In this document: positions 1 through 12,526 of the stretch, one piece after another | Layout: the number at the start of each line of letters is the position of its first letter | Numbering within the stretch: position 1 is the first letter of the stretch | Assembly (NCBI GenBank): GCA_002269645.1 | Contig: NIVC01000173.1 | Coordinates: 372,001 to 436,000, forward strand | Length of the DNA: 64,000 nt | Source: Macrostomum lignano | Taxonomy: Eukaryota | Direction: 5' to 3' | Translations under genes and position numbers: made by a program | Notes under the pieces: generated by a model | What the model saw: only the letters and a program-made list of their open reading frames with translations | Told to the model about the DNA's origin: nothing | Database searches by the model: none

Positions 1-638
1 TTGAAGTGACTGTTATATAGTGCATTTTGTTGGTGGCTATAAATAAAGTACATGCATGCAACAGCTGTAAATGTAGTCTTACGAGTTATACGGATCGCAG
101 CTGTGGAGATGCAGTCAGGCGAGCCATGCAGTATCTTCGTGTCTTTACTGGGGACACCACCCGATGGCTGCAGTGTGGTGAGGCATTATTGCATTTGACT
201 GGCTCCAAAGCTATAATGTTGTCTGTTACACACTGAGCTAAGAATGACAAAACAGATATAGAACTATAATGAGCCGAGCCGTGCAAATTTTAATGGTTCC
301 TTTCAATGCATGATTGTATACGTAGAATAAAAAATTAACATAGAATCCTGATTTTCTAAAGAAAGCCACAACTTAGCTGAACATTGGGTCTGCTGCAATG
401 TCGATCAAGCTGCGATTCCTGGAATAATAAAATATAATTAAGTAAACAATAATTTACACGCAGCTGATTGTAGTTTTAAATTAACTATATCTACAGAGCA
501 TCTTATAGTCCTTGCTATATGACTAAGAGTTATTTTATTATATTATACTTTACTGCCCGAACTAATAGCAAATTCAATTAGTTCAGGGTTATAAATCATC
601 CTGCAGTATAAAATTGCCCCCCAACCCCACTCCCCCAG

Positions 639-809
639 GAGAACAATCAGCTTCGCGCAGAGGCTCAGAGCCTTCGCCAGCAGGTACAAACGCAGTCGGA
701 GGTGATCGCCAAGTTACGCGACGAAATCGCGAACATGCGACAGCAGACGGTCAGCTTCATATTGAAGCAGATGGACACGCTGCAGATGCAGCAGAACTCA
801 GAGGTGTAG
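639..809 (+). CDS. Terminal coding exon of an unidentified coiled-coil protein (ENNQLRAEAQSLRQQVQTQSEVIAKLRDEIANMRQQTVSFILKQMDTLQMQQNSEV*)
   Basis: Pyrimidine tract plus CAG acceptor ending at 638; 57-codon open frame with heptad-like L/V/I spacing ending in TAG at 807-809. A possible upstream exon at 101-177 (cag|...|gtgag) is phase-compatible. Confidence 0.6.
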   Translation, partial: ENNQLRAEAQSLRQQVQTQSEVIAKLRDEIANMRQQTVSFILKQMDTLQMQQNSEV

Positions 810-1361
810 CTGAGAATTGTCCGCCGCTGCTGCTGAGCTACAAGACTTGACACAAATTGTTAAGCGTCACCGCATTCCCTGTTCGTGATCTTCATCTGTC
901 CCGCTCTCCCCTCTCCGTGTTGTCAATAATTGTTTTTTTCGTTTTGTGATCGACCGCATTTTGTTATTGCTATATAATTCGATTTTTCTGTCTTTTCCAT
1001 GCAACCATACGACGTACATGTACATGTATGTACTGTACACAATACTTCACCTGCACACTCATCGGGCCTTCAGGAGATTTGAATGTTTCAAGAGGCTCAA
1101 TATACCCATACTTATTTTTTTAGGTTTATGTGTATAGATTTAATAAACATTAGCTATACTTTCCCATTGTACACGTATAGTCGTATCCGGTAACAATGAA
1201 AACAAAAAACACACTAGTCATGGTAATTGTGCAGTAAAATATATAAATCCATTTGCGCTGTTTTTGGTTGTTCGTGGTAATTTAACTCATGCTTGTCTCC
1301 TGACTTAGTGGTAGTTATACTTACTAGTAATAAAGATGTTGATCCATCTTAAATTAAAGTG

Positions 1362-1915
1362 AGCTGGTGATATAGGGGTAAGATGGAGTAAGGTGGTGGG
1401 GAAGGGGTATTAGAGTGGAGTGAGGTGGTGGGAAAGGGGTAGGATAGAGTGAGGTGGTGGGGAAGGGGTACCAGAGTGGAGTGAGGTGGTGGGAAAGGGG
1501 TAGGATAGAGTGAGGTGGTGGGGAAGGGGTACCAGAGTGGAGTGAGGTGGTGGGAAAGGGGTAGGATAGAGTGAGGTGGTGGGGAAGGGGTAGGATAGTG
1601 GAGTGAGGTGGTAGGAAAGGGGTAGGAGAGTAGAGTGAGGTGGTGGGGAAGGGGTAGGAGAGTAGAGTGAGGTGGTGGGGAAGGGGTAGGAGAGTAGAGT
1701 GAGGTGGTGGGGAAGGGGTAGGATAGTGGAGTGAGGTGGTGGGGAAGGGGTAGGAGAGTGGAGTGAGGTGGTGGGGAAGGGGTAGGAGAGTGGAGTGAGG
1801 CGGTGGGGAAGGGGTAGGAGAGTGGAGTGAGGTGGTGGGGAAGGGGTAGGAGAGTGGAGTGAGGTGGTGGGGAAGGGGTACGAGAGTGGAATGAGGTGGT
1901 GGGCAAGGGGTAAGA
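1362..1915 (+). repeat. G-rich 32-bp minisatellite (GGTGGTGGGGAAGGGGTAGGAGAGTGGAGTGA)n
   Basis: About 17 tandem, slightly degenerate units read directly; extreme purine/G strand bias. Confidence 0.95.
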
Positions 1916-2807
1916 AAGTTGACTGAAATGGAGGGAAAGGGTTAAGAGGGCTAACGTACATATTCAGTAATTATTCAGACATGCAAAAACAGTTTAAAGA
2001 GAAATAAATTTAACACGCGCATTGTACGCTCGTGAAAACGTACAAATAAATTGGATAGCAGATTAACGATTTCACTGCTCACGGGGGTAAAATCAATGAA
2101 AACAGAAAAAAATTATTTAATTTCCATACTTCCAACAGTTTCAACAATGTGATGTTGTAAGAAAGACGTTAAAAATGAACCACAGGGATACAAGGCTTCT
2201 CGAATTCCCCTCCCCTTATTAAAAAGCCAATGAAATTTTTGAATGAACTATTAACAAAAACCAGCAAAGACGAGACGTTAAAAAAAGACTATGAAAGTAT
2301 AGAGTGAAAATTAGTAAGATTTCGGCACTACTTGAAAAAATAGCGAATGAGCTAGCTAGCTGAGCTACTGACAGTAGCAAGACAGGTGCAATTCAATTTT
2401 ATAAATAAGTTTTCGTTTATGAACTCAAGCGGAATTCAAAATTGCATTTACAGTTTTTGGAATGATTCCAACAAGATAAGATTAAGGTTCTCAAATATTT
2501 AATTTCATACACCGCACAGCAAATCAGATTTTTATTCAAGCAATGAAATTGTAATTTGTCACTGCGGGAATCAAGCACTGAGCCTTTTTAAACAGTTAAG
2601 AGTTTAATCAGAAATACTCCGATAAAAGCCTTTGAATTCTGCATTTACACTGAGGAGCAATACAGAAAGCAATCGTTTTAGTTTATAAAACTTTAGAAAA
2701 ATCCTCTCTTGATTAATAAATATTACAAATATATAAACACATAAGTAGTAATTCGGGAATAGGAAATCAGATTTAGATGGATTTCATCAAATCAGATTCT
2801 TATAATT

Positions 2808-3190
2808 AGGGATCAAGAATTATGGGATTCGGGATCAGAATTATGGGATTCGGGATCAGAAATATGGGATTCAGGATCAGAATTATGGGATTCGGAATCA
2901 GAATTATGGGATTCGGGATCAGAACTATGGAATTCGGGATCAGAATTATGGGATTCGGGATCAGAACTATGGAATTCGGGATCAGAATTATGGGATTCGG
3001 GATCAGAACTATGGAATTCGGGATCAGAATTATGGGATTCGGGATCAGAAATATGGGATTCAGGATCAGAATTATGGGATTCGGAATCAGAATTATTGTA
3101 TTTGGGATCAGAATTATGGGATTCGGGATCAGAATTATTGTATTTGGGATCAGAATTATTGTATTTGGGATCAGAATTATGGGATTCGGA
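2808..3190 (+). repeat. 21-bp minisatellite (GGGATCAGAATTATGGGATTC)n
   Basis: About 18 tandem units just downstream of the SUCO stop codon. Confidence 0.95.
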
Positions 3191-3429
3191 ATCGGAAATT
3201 CCAATGGGATTAGGGATGAGAAGTGTCTTGTTTTGGTATACTGTTAGAATATTTTTCAGGATTTTAAACACTAGCAATTTTAGATTGTCAATTAACACGC
3301 ACCTATTCATCCGATTAATACTAATTTTTTTTAAATGTTCACTAATAGCTTTTTGCTATTTTAGTCAAAAAATAGCAAAAACAATAAAATACCCCAAAGC
3401 TACTTTAAGTAGGTCACTAAACGACTCTA

Positions 3430-4629
3430 TCAGCGCCCTCTTCTCCGCAGGCAAACTGTTAGCAGGATGGCGTGCAATGCTAGAAATACGCAGTGCACCA
3501 CGCACATAGCGAATGGCGCCGCTTCTAGGCGCCGTTCTAGCGCGCTAATCCGCGCCATCTGAGCAATTTCAAATCTTCGACGAGTAATTTTCGAAGAATT
3601 CCTCTGCCTACTAACCGCTAAGCGTTGTACATGTCGATTGAAAGCCAGAGACAATTCCTCGAGATAGCGCATACTCAAGCTCACGTTTCTTTCTAATTCT
3701 TTCAGTCGGCTGGCAAGGACTGCGAAACCGCCGCCGCCGCCGCCGCCGTTGACATGCGGGGGCGGGTTCAGCGGAGGATGATGTACAGACGGAGGCGGTG
3801 GCGGTAAAGGAGTGGCAGGACTCAACGACGGCTTTTCATTGGCGGCAGTTGAGTCGCTATTCGCAGAGTCCTCTTTCGCTGTGGACAATGAAGAATTTGT
3901 GCCAACATTAGTGGCATTGCTATTCGAGTTCTCAGCCTGCGGTATTCTATCAGTTGTCTCATAACTATCAATTGAGCGACCTCCAGGAGGATGCTTCAAA
4001 GAGTCATCCGCCGTTGAAGATGCAGTTGAAATAGTTCCAACTTTTTCAGAACCTGCCTCATCAGTGGCTTTATTAGCTTCATTATCAGGTGGTGCAGAAG
4101 TTTTACCAGCAGATTTTAACGCCGCATCATTGGCAAGATTTGATGACGGCTTAATAACAGACGAACTAGGCAATGGCGTTGGCAATAGTCGCCTGAATGT
4201 ACAGTTGGCCGGGCAGCTGCCTCGGTCGATATTGGCCTCGGCAATGCTGGAGCTCGAAGTTCTAGGAGCTGGTGTAGTTAAAGAAGAGTTTGCAATATCG
4301 CTGCAATCGTTTGAACTACCAGCAGAGTTAAGAAGGGACGCCGACTCCGACCGAGCATCGGCACCCGCTGCACCAGTGTCTGAACCGTCCATATTAGACG
4401 CTAGCGACAAGATTCTCTGATGCTCGTCAGACCACAGGTCATCACCGTCTGGATCGTCATCAACAATATCGGCGGCTAGTATGCCCATGAGCCTGAGATG
4501 AGTGAGGGTGCAGTAGTGCTCGCTGCCCCAGTGCTCGGAGAAGCGCAGGCGAATATATTGAACAAATTGATCGGTGTGTAAGTCGAATATTTGCCAAGTT
4601 CGAGACGCGTTTAGAGTCAGGTTGGCTAC
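3430..4629 (-). CDS. SUCO: SUN domain-containing ossification factor (SUCO/Slp1/Opt-like), exon 3 (last)
   Basis: Acceptor ttccag|GTA at 4629. Carries the SUN C-terminal motif YIRLRFSEHWGSEHYCTLTHLRLMG, the SUCO coiled-coil motif RLKELERNVSLSMRYLEELS, a C-terminal TM helix and a stop at 3430. 1200 nt, phase 0. Confidence 0.9.
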   Translation of the reverse strand, partial: VANLTLNASRTWQIFDLHTDQFVQYIRLRFSEHWGSEHYCTLTHLRLMGILAADIVDDDPDGDDLWSDEHQRILSLASNMDGSDTGAAGADARSESASLLNSAGSSNDCSDIANSSLTTPAPRTSSSSIAEANIDRGSCPANCTFRRLLPTPLPSSSVIKPSSNLANDAALKSAGKTSAPPDNEANKATDEAGSEKVGTISTASSTADDSLKHPPGGRSIDSYETTDRIPQAENSNSNATNVGTNSSLSTAKEDSANSDSTAANEKPSLSPATPLPPPPPSVHHPPLNPPPHVNGGGGGGGFAVLASRLKELERNVSLSMRYLEELSLAFNRHVQRLAVSRQRNSSKITRRRFEIAQMARISALERRLEAAPFAMCVVHCVFLALHAILLTVCLRRRGR

Positions 4630-5167
4630 CTGGAAGAAAGGAAGAGGCGAACAGTTAGTCACAGAGAACATTCTAGTTGTCATGGGTCACTTTTAAAAAC
4701 TCGAAACTTTACAAGCTAGACAATTCACAAACTGACAAATTCACAAGCTCAACAATTCACAAGCTCCACAATTCACAAGCTCAAAACTTCACAAGCTCGA
4801 AACAATTCACAAACTTCATAATCACTACTTGGATTTTATTGGCCATAGACATTTAGGCTAACTGGATGTTACAAATGAAACGAGAGATCGAAACGTGACA
4901 GCGCTGAGAATGTCTATGGCCAAGAGCCTATTGATTCAGTGAAATACAGTTTACGCCTGCCGAGACTTTTCTAAGGTAAATATCCACTTGACGACAACTC
5001 TCTGAGCCTCATTGACCCACACAATTTGCAAAAGTCCACAGATTCCACGCATTTAGATGACAGATTATGCAGATTTAACAACCATCCGGGGCCCAAACTC
5101 ATAGGATGGATGCCAAAATTAAATTCTTTGCTAGCGGTAAGCATGTACAATTTCAAAAGTCATTTAC

Positions 5168-5720
5168 CTGAATCCACTCCCTTGGCGGATGTACATCGCC
5201 AGCCAATAGGGAGACATTCTTAAACGCACTGCTAAATAATTCAAAATTAGCCAGCTCTAGTCGTCTCAGTCTAACTGGCTCGCAAAGTTGCAAGTCGAGC
5301 CATTTTTCAGCGGAGCACAGGTTCTTCATGTACAGGTCGCGATTGTCAGTAAGGATAGCGTCAACATCTTTGGCCTCCTTGTTCCAATCCAAAGCTTTCG
5401 CTCCGCATTCTGTAGAAGCAACATTTTTCTTCAACTGAGGCAACGGTTTCGCGTCGGCAGTGCCAGTCGCTGGGTCGGCGTTAGAAGAGCCTAACTCTGC
5501 CGATGCTGATGCGGCGGAGGCTGGATTAGACGATGAAGCTTTAGCAGAACCGGTTGCTAGGGCGGCAGCAGAGCTGGCAGCTTTGGCAGCGGCGGCGGCG
5601 CCTTTGGCAGACTGAGCCAGGGCGATGACTTTTTCGCGATATTCGCGAAATGTTGGCAACTTTTTATCGGCTGGGTCGGGCGCTGCGTTGGGATTGTCAG
5701 ATGCCGTAACAGTGCACAGC
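5168..5720 (-). CDS. SUCO: SUCO exon 2 (start of SUN domain)
   Basis: cccgcag acceptor and CAG|gtaaat donor; KNVASTECGAKALDWN...DLYMKNLCSAEKWLDLQLCEP...LANFELFSS is the SUCO-type SUN N-terminal half. Confidence 0.9.
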
Positions 5721-5774
5721 CTGCGGGAGGGGCAGCGGCTCTTTAGATAGGGTACACAGATGGACATACATAGA

Positions 5775-5793
5775 GACAAACAGACAGACAGGC

Positions 5794-5826
<33 letters not shown>

Positions 5827-5839
5827 GGCAGACAGACAG
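5775..5839 (+). repeat. (CAGA)n microsatellite
   Basis: Tandem CAGA units next to the SUCO exon 2 acceptor. Confidence 0.95.
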
Positions 5840-5876
5840 GTATAATTTCAGAGCACATGTATAATTAATTATAAAG

Positions 5877-6174
5877 CAGAGGCATAGCCAGGGGGGCAGG
5901 GGGGCAGTGGCCCCCCCCCCCTAATTGCCTGGGGGTAGGGTTGGGTGCGGTGGGTACCAAAAACCAAACAAAATTTTATTACCCAAATTGGCTGCAGGTC
6001 AGTCTAAAGGACAGGACAGGTTAAGACATCAAAGAAATGGGCCATTGGCCATCACTATGGTGTGGCATGCCGCATGGCGCTAGTATATGTGCAAAGTGGC
6101 AGTGGCAATGGCATGAGGCATGGCTAGCCAGGCCAACACCCCCTCCGAATTTGAAATTCCTGGCTATGCCACTA
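5877..6174. mobile_element. hAT-like MITE (298 bp) in SUCO intron 1
   Basis: TIRs CAGAGGCATAGCCAGG / CCTGGCTATGCCACTA with an exact 8-bp TSD TTATAAAG (5869-5876 and 6175-6182). An 8-bp TSD is typical of hAT elements. Confidence 0.85.
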
Positions 6175-6593
6175 TTATAAAGGATATAATTATAAACTAG
6201 AGTTGCTAGGCCTAGCATTAGAGACTAGAGTTGCTTCCTCTTATCCAATAGGGTTACTTTGTCCTTAGGCCCATGGCCCCTCTGCTTGGGTGATAATAGG
6301 GATTCCAACAAACTGTGTTTGAGAAATGAACTAGTTGATTAGTTTAAAACAATTTTTTAAAGAAAATTAGTTTTAAAAAAACTGGTTTGTACATCCATTT
6401 TTTAGATATAAAAATAGCATAGAACTTGTATACTATTGTAAATTTATTATTTCTTCAATAATATTTATTGCTATAAGCCAATTTTTATATTTTGATTAAC
6501 TTCTAATTTTTCTAAAGTTTTTAAGACTTAATCAAACATATTATGATAGGCCTAGATCATGATCTGAGTCTTATCAATTATCATAATCAATAT

Positions 6594-8105
6594 GGGCATT
6601 TCCGCCAATTAGGCACTATCGGAAAATTACACTTCAACAAACAGAAAATGATGAATTGTAGCTTAAGCCAGCTAATTGAAGTCAAACAAGGACTTAAACT
6701 GAAAAATACAACCAATTTTGCTCAATTTAAAGCTATTTAAAGATTGTTAATCGCAAAATTAATGTTGAATAAACCATTTTAAACTTACGTAGACGCCACT
6801 TTTTTGGATGTCCAAACACACAATTTTTAACTTCAACATTGAATAAAAGAGCGAAAAAAACATTCTTGATAGTAATTCTCTTTGTTTCATGAAAAAAACA
6901 CATTAAACTTTGTTAAAATCATTCCTTTTCGTCACAACACCTGCAAGAAGTCATTGATTTTTGTCAGTTTTCTTGCTATACCAAAAATTATAAACGGTAA
7001 GTTTTTGTATCGTTTGTACTCATGTTGTACCCTCTCATTTACTCATAAGGCTTTCAATCTACACGTTTTTTAGCTTAAATGAAGGAAAACATCTTTGCGA
7101 TGATGTATCAGTATATTTTTTAGCAATAGAATTTGCTTAATACATTTTTCTAAGACATTAATTTTTTTTCGATGTGACATTTTAACCACAAGATTGTACT
7201 CATGTTGTACCCAATAATTTTTTTTTAGTGCTTTTCATTAGCTGAAAACGATATATTTATGGATTGCCGACATACAGAGCTTCACAAAAAGTGGTCTGCT
7301 GAACCTTAATCTGTCAAAATACCTTAAATATTAACATTTAAATGTAGTAAGCACACTACTTACACGAGATGTATTTTCATGTTGTACCCTTTATTTTATT
7401 TTTCGCTAGTTTTTTTTCTCAAAATCAGTCTTACAAGACTATCATTAAGTATAAAAGCTGGAAAATAAAACAGTTTCACATTAATTTCTTGTTTATTTAT
7501 CAATAAAAATGTAATTTACATTTTGCACTATAGTATGTAGATATTAATTTACATAGTACTAAATCAATTTTCCCCACATTTACTTGTAATATTGCTTCAG
7601 AAAAACTTTCTCTAGATTGTGGAAGCATATGCATTTCTTGCTGCTTGCAAAGTTGCACTGGAACTTCTGAATAATTACGGTGATCGGCTAGTTACTGAAA
7701 AGTAAAATTAGAGATTTACGTTCGGTATATCGCGCAGAAAAAAACATTTTGACAAAGTTAAAAAATATCGTATGAACTTATGCGCAAAAATAACAAAATC
7801 TGAATTAAAAAGTTGATTAAAAGCATTAAGAAACAATTAAAAAATTATTGACTGAAAGAAAGTTAATTATAAGCAAGCAATTACGCCTGAATATAAAATT
7901 TTATGCTCCTACGGTATTAATCGTCTTCTTAGATCAGTATAACTTTTATCGGCAACTTTTATTGTTACCAGAAAATTTCTTGTGCTTCTACAAGATAAAA
8001 AAAGAAATTTAATAACAAATTCTAGTTAGATTTCCTGTTTTCAACATTTTTCTTCTTCTTTGCACACTCGGACACAATTTGTGTCCCTATTTGGCGGAAA
8101 TGCCC
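6594..8105. mobile_element. Non-autonomous TIR DNA transposon, 1512 bp (Sola-like by TSD and termini; inference)
   Basis: TIR GGGCATTTCCGCCAAwTAGG at both ends; ATAT on both flanks (6590-6593, 8106-8109); AT-rich interior with no ORF. Confidence 0.75.
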
Positions 8106-8409
8106 ATATACATAAGCTAATGATAAATGATAATTGATAAATGATAAATCTACTAATATCAGAATATACTAAAAATTAAAACTTTACTTACTAATAGTCA
8201 AATAATAACTAGATTATATATATTTATAATTTATGTAATTTATATTTATTTTTGTATTTGTATTACATTTGTAAAGTTAGGCCTATGTTAAGAACTTTCA
8301 ATTTACTTATTTAAAACTTGGTGATCAATGATTGTTATCCAAAATACAAGTTTAGATAGGGTTAACAAAATATAGCAACTTAGATAGATTCTTTGGAAAA
8401 AAATCTTAC

Positions 8410-8465
8410 CAAAACACAATGAAGGCTAGGACACAGATGCGAATCCATTTTGAATTGTTCAACAT
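8410..8465 (-). CDS. SUCO: SUCO exon 1 (signal peptide MLNNSKWIRICVLAFIVFW)
   Basis: ATG at 8465 and TG|gtaaga donor. Phase 2 joins the G of exon 2 to form Trp. The joined CDS is 56+553+1200=1809 nt (602 aa) with a hydrophobic signal peptide. Confidence 0.8.
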
Positions 8466-11400
8466 TAAGCCTGCTATATTTGAACTTGGAGATCTCATAT
8501 TGATTTGATACAAGAAAATTAATTCAATTGATGTCTTAGTGACTTAGTCTTAAGAGTAAAAAGCCACAGGTTTTATGGCCATGTATTTTATTGTATCAGT
8601 ATCCGTTTTAAAATAAAAATTAGGCAATGCACGTCGATAGTGATTTGGAAACGTTTCAAATACAAAGGAAACGTTCTTGTTAGGCCTACTCATTCCAAAA
8701 GCAAAATTAACAAGGCCAAAATTGTATTGTGATTCGACAGATTCGCGATTTAAATTTTTTAATCAATTTTTATTTCATGAGTAGCTAGAAACTAGCGATC
8801 GAAGACTTGTTGTTTCATACACTCTGTAGTCGGTACAGTTTTCAAATTTCCATCAATTCAGGTACAAATACTTAATAATTTACGTCTTACGTCCTACATT
8901 TCTGAACTGAACGACAAACTAGTTTCCTGCAAAATCTAGTTTTGAATTCTGTGCTACACGTAATACACGTCACGTTCAAAGTTTTCGTTTTATGCTACCG
9001 CGTTTTATTCACCACGCTCTAATCTTTAGACTACAGTAAATTTTACTGATTTAGGGGTAAAGTTCAAATACTGAGTAAAATAACATCTGCTTTTACTAAG
9101 CTTTAGCTGGCCAGTATTCTCTGATCACTTTGTTTTGCAAGAAACCAAGGATACTGCGAGCTATGCCGCTGTTGCATGTATTGATTGTCTTCAGAAGAGT
9201 TTTATTTAAGCTTAGAAGTTCTGTATCGAAATGATTATGAATTTATGTTAGCCAATACCGGCGCCATGGATTCTGTCAGCGGTGCGGCACTGTTTTTTGT
9301 CTTTGGGAGCGCCCAGTTTGAGACGCTGTACAATGTTCTGCAACGATAGGATGAACTTTATAAGTGCTCTTGGGAAGCTTATTCGTGGCCTAGATAGCGT
9401 TTTTATCTGGTAAACTAATTAAATTTACATGAAAAAAGTTAACTACATAACCAATGATTTCAATACCTTTTCTCGAAGATACAAAATTGATGAGGACGCA
9501 CTTTTTCCCAAATCCCGCGCTAGCACCTGGGCTCTAAACTTACTTGCCTACTAACAGTGGGCAGTGGGCATTTTTATCCTTTTTCTGCGAATTTTCATAG
9601 AATCTATACTAGATATAATGTCTGGCCATACTAGTAGTCATAATAACATAGGCGCAGCTTTTTGGGTCATAAATCATCGCTTTCGAAGCTGATCTGACAG
9701 CCACCTGCGCCTCACTCAGTGTTGAAGCGGGCGCCAGATGGTCTGAGAGGATGCGGGCGGTAGCTTTTTTCTCATCATTTTGACAGGCCATCAAGATTTA
9801 TGAGGTCAGAGCCTATTGTTCGGATTCACTCAAGCGTGTGACAGCTTTGACAGCTATGCGTTTTACCCCTAAAAGTACCTTGGGATTAGCGATTAGCGAT
9901 TTCTCTTCATTATCTTCACTTTCTATTTAATAAGAGCTTTCTAATGTATATTTTTTCATTAATTTCTGTCAATCCTACGCGAAAAGTCATAAATCATTTT
10001 GTTGCGATTTTGAGTGATTTATGGCCGCACCTGTCATCTTTTTACGACCCTGTGGGAACTGATAGGATCTCTCGGTCACGTGATTCTGGGTAGCAACGAG
10101 CTTAGCCAATCAGAAAATTCGGCGCTCATTTTAACAAAACGAGCTCAGCCAATCAGAATCGACGTGTTCCGTTATAACAAACTGCGGTCCAGTTGGCGGC
10201 TATTTAAACCGGAGTTTTTGGCCCGCTCGGACGCAACTTCTTCTTACTTTGGCTCGGGCCCAGTGCGCAACTTCTGGTTCCCGGAGCACGACCGTCGTTT
10301 CTTGATCCCCGGATTGAAACTTCCCCCATCATCATCAAGGACGAGTCCCCCGGTCGACAGCAGCGAACATCCAGTTAAGAGCATCACCTGCTAGCTAACA
10401 GCGAAGATTGTGACAGCATCATCCCGAGTCTACAGCTGCAGAGCATCGAGCCGATTCGGTCACTGTGGAATACCTGGTCTCCGGCTGTTGAGTTTCTGAT
10501 TGGTTGGGTGAGAGGCTACCTAGACTTGCTTGATTGGGTGATCCCTTTTCTGTCCCCTGTTGCAGTAGCTGAAGTAGGCGCACACTTTTGCTCATTTTGT
10601 TCAGTAGTGCTGTTGCTGAGGCAGGAATCATTCAATAATACTGCTAGTAGTCTAAGACTCCAATTCAATCTAAAGTGTGAAGTGAACTAAGGAGAAGGTT
10701 AAATCTAACAGTTATCTTTGTCGGCTTTATTTCTTTGTTCGCCGATGGCTCAGAGGAGTAGCTAAGCTAGTAGGCGCCGGTCACAGTGGACCAATGGCAA
10801 GGCAGTTCTCAGTCGACCAATCTAACAAATCAGTGAGCAAAACTGCCAAAAGTGCAGAATCGGCGCCAGAGATGTACTTTGTGCACTCTAGGGTAGCCAA
10901 GCGGCTCGGGTAAATGAATCATGCGGTCTCTGAAGTTCGAGTTAGCCTATCATCAGCGCTATGAGAGGCTAGTTGGCGCGTTGAAGGCTAAAAGTACATA
11001 TCTTCGTATTTAGCAATATAATAGTACATGTAGCTACCCCATAGACTCCCCACCGCAAGAATCCCCTGCACAAGTCCCCTCTGTACCTGCATGGCCAATG
11101 CGATCTAGTCCCAGCAGTGTCCCTTATCATCGGCTATGACTTCGAGATTGACAGCAAAAAGACACTAGTTGGCAGGTAAGTGCAAAGCCCCTTCTAGTCG
11201 GAAGCCCGATTTCGAGAGTCCCGGTGTGGTGAGCCAGGGCGCACGGGCTGGTGGCAGCAAGTTAGTTGATCTGCGGATTAGCTAATTTCTACTTTCAAAA
11301 TTCTCCCTGCTTGTCTCTCGCTGTCCCTCTCTTAGCTATAGGACCTAGACTGCTCGCCACACGATCAAGCTACCATGGGGCTGACCATCTGACAGGAGTG

Positions 11401-12526
11401 GGGGGCCAGGTCTCTAATTGATTTATTTCTGAGCCTGAGGCCCGAAGGCTTCCCTAACAAGGGGCCCGAAGGTCGAAACCCATCAAAATATAAAATTCAA
11501 TATATAATATTGCGTCGCCTAAGAGTCGTTTCAGACGCGTTGCAATTGAAGTGACACATTTTGGCTCTAGAAAGTTCCCATCCAAATTGAATGTATTTTA
11601 ACCAATGAATGCGCTCCAACTAGCAAAAGCTAACACACGACCCCAACCTCAACCAATGAAAGCAGCTATATGTACTATCCAAAATGCGATCAAGACTGAA
11701 AAGTACTATAAAAACCCATGTTAACCAAGCAACAAGAAGCTCGCCTTGCCTCGCCTCCCTTTCGCAGCTCTCTTTTCCTTCCTCGCCATTCTAGCTTACC
11801 TACTCTGACTACTTTTGATTGACACGCGTCTCAACCCAAATACTAAAACTGATAAATTGACTCACGAAAGCCAAAACAACAACCAATCCACGTTACACGT
11901 TCACTCGAAAACTTAGAAACCCCTTGGAACTCGAACAAAACGAGCTTCTTATTTGGAATTCCATCTTAGACATTATATTTTGTAAGATAACATCTCGACA
12001 TTGTGACCATATCAAATACAACGGTCTGTAAGTTACCATCAAGTGTTTTGCATCATCAGGAAAAGTCTGTTGAATCCGCCGCCTCAGTTGGCTCTTACAT
12101 TGATATTTGAAATAGAGCCATAGAAGTAAGAGACCAGAAGAACAATAACATATATTTTAAATTATTTCACAATGACATGCGACAAATAGGAAATAAGTGA
12201 CTCTAAACGCCTCTAAAGCAACGAGATGTCACGGTACAATTCGTCAAAAAGTCATCAAAGAGTCGCCCAAGAATCAATAATTAAGTATACTCTTTTACTG
12301 AATAAATAAAATAATACGGGAGTCGAAGAACCATTACTCGCTGATGGGTTGAGCGACCAGTTTCTACTACATGTATTTACAACCGTTGGGAAGCCCGGTG
12401 TGTAGTGTTCTCTAAATCTAAATTTATTATTTCCGAAAAATGAAAATCTACGTGAGTAGCTTCCCTTTTCGAGTGTTTAAAGCTTGGTGAATAGTTTAAT
12501 ACAGTATGCGTCTTTTATTAGTTCCC

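Noticed and set aside
1349-1961. Long ORFs over repeats (also 2806-3310, 13667-14256, 27825-28678, 30804-31512, 41698-42258, 44708-45140, 62357-62983)
   Set aside because: Stop-free translation of tandem repeats; no splice or codon evidence.
9240-9800. Coding-like minus-strand remnant with a possible small intron
   Set aside because: No recognisable domain and several stops; cannot be assigned.
10000-11400. Possible solo LTR or retroelement leader (CCAAT and TATTTAAA near 10150-10210; purine run near 11400)
   Set aside because: No second LTR, TG..CA boundaries, TSD, PBS or retro-ORF could be identified.
11425-11485. Possible hammerhead ribozyme / Penelope end (CTGAGGCCCGAAGG...GGCCCGAAGGTCGAAAC)
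   Set aside because: The CUGANGA core is not intact in register with the GAAA and stem II, and no Penelope ORF is nearby.
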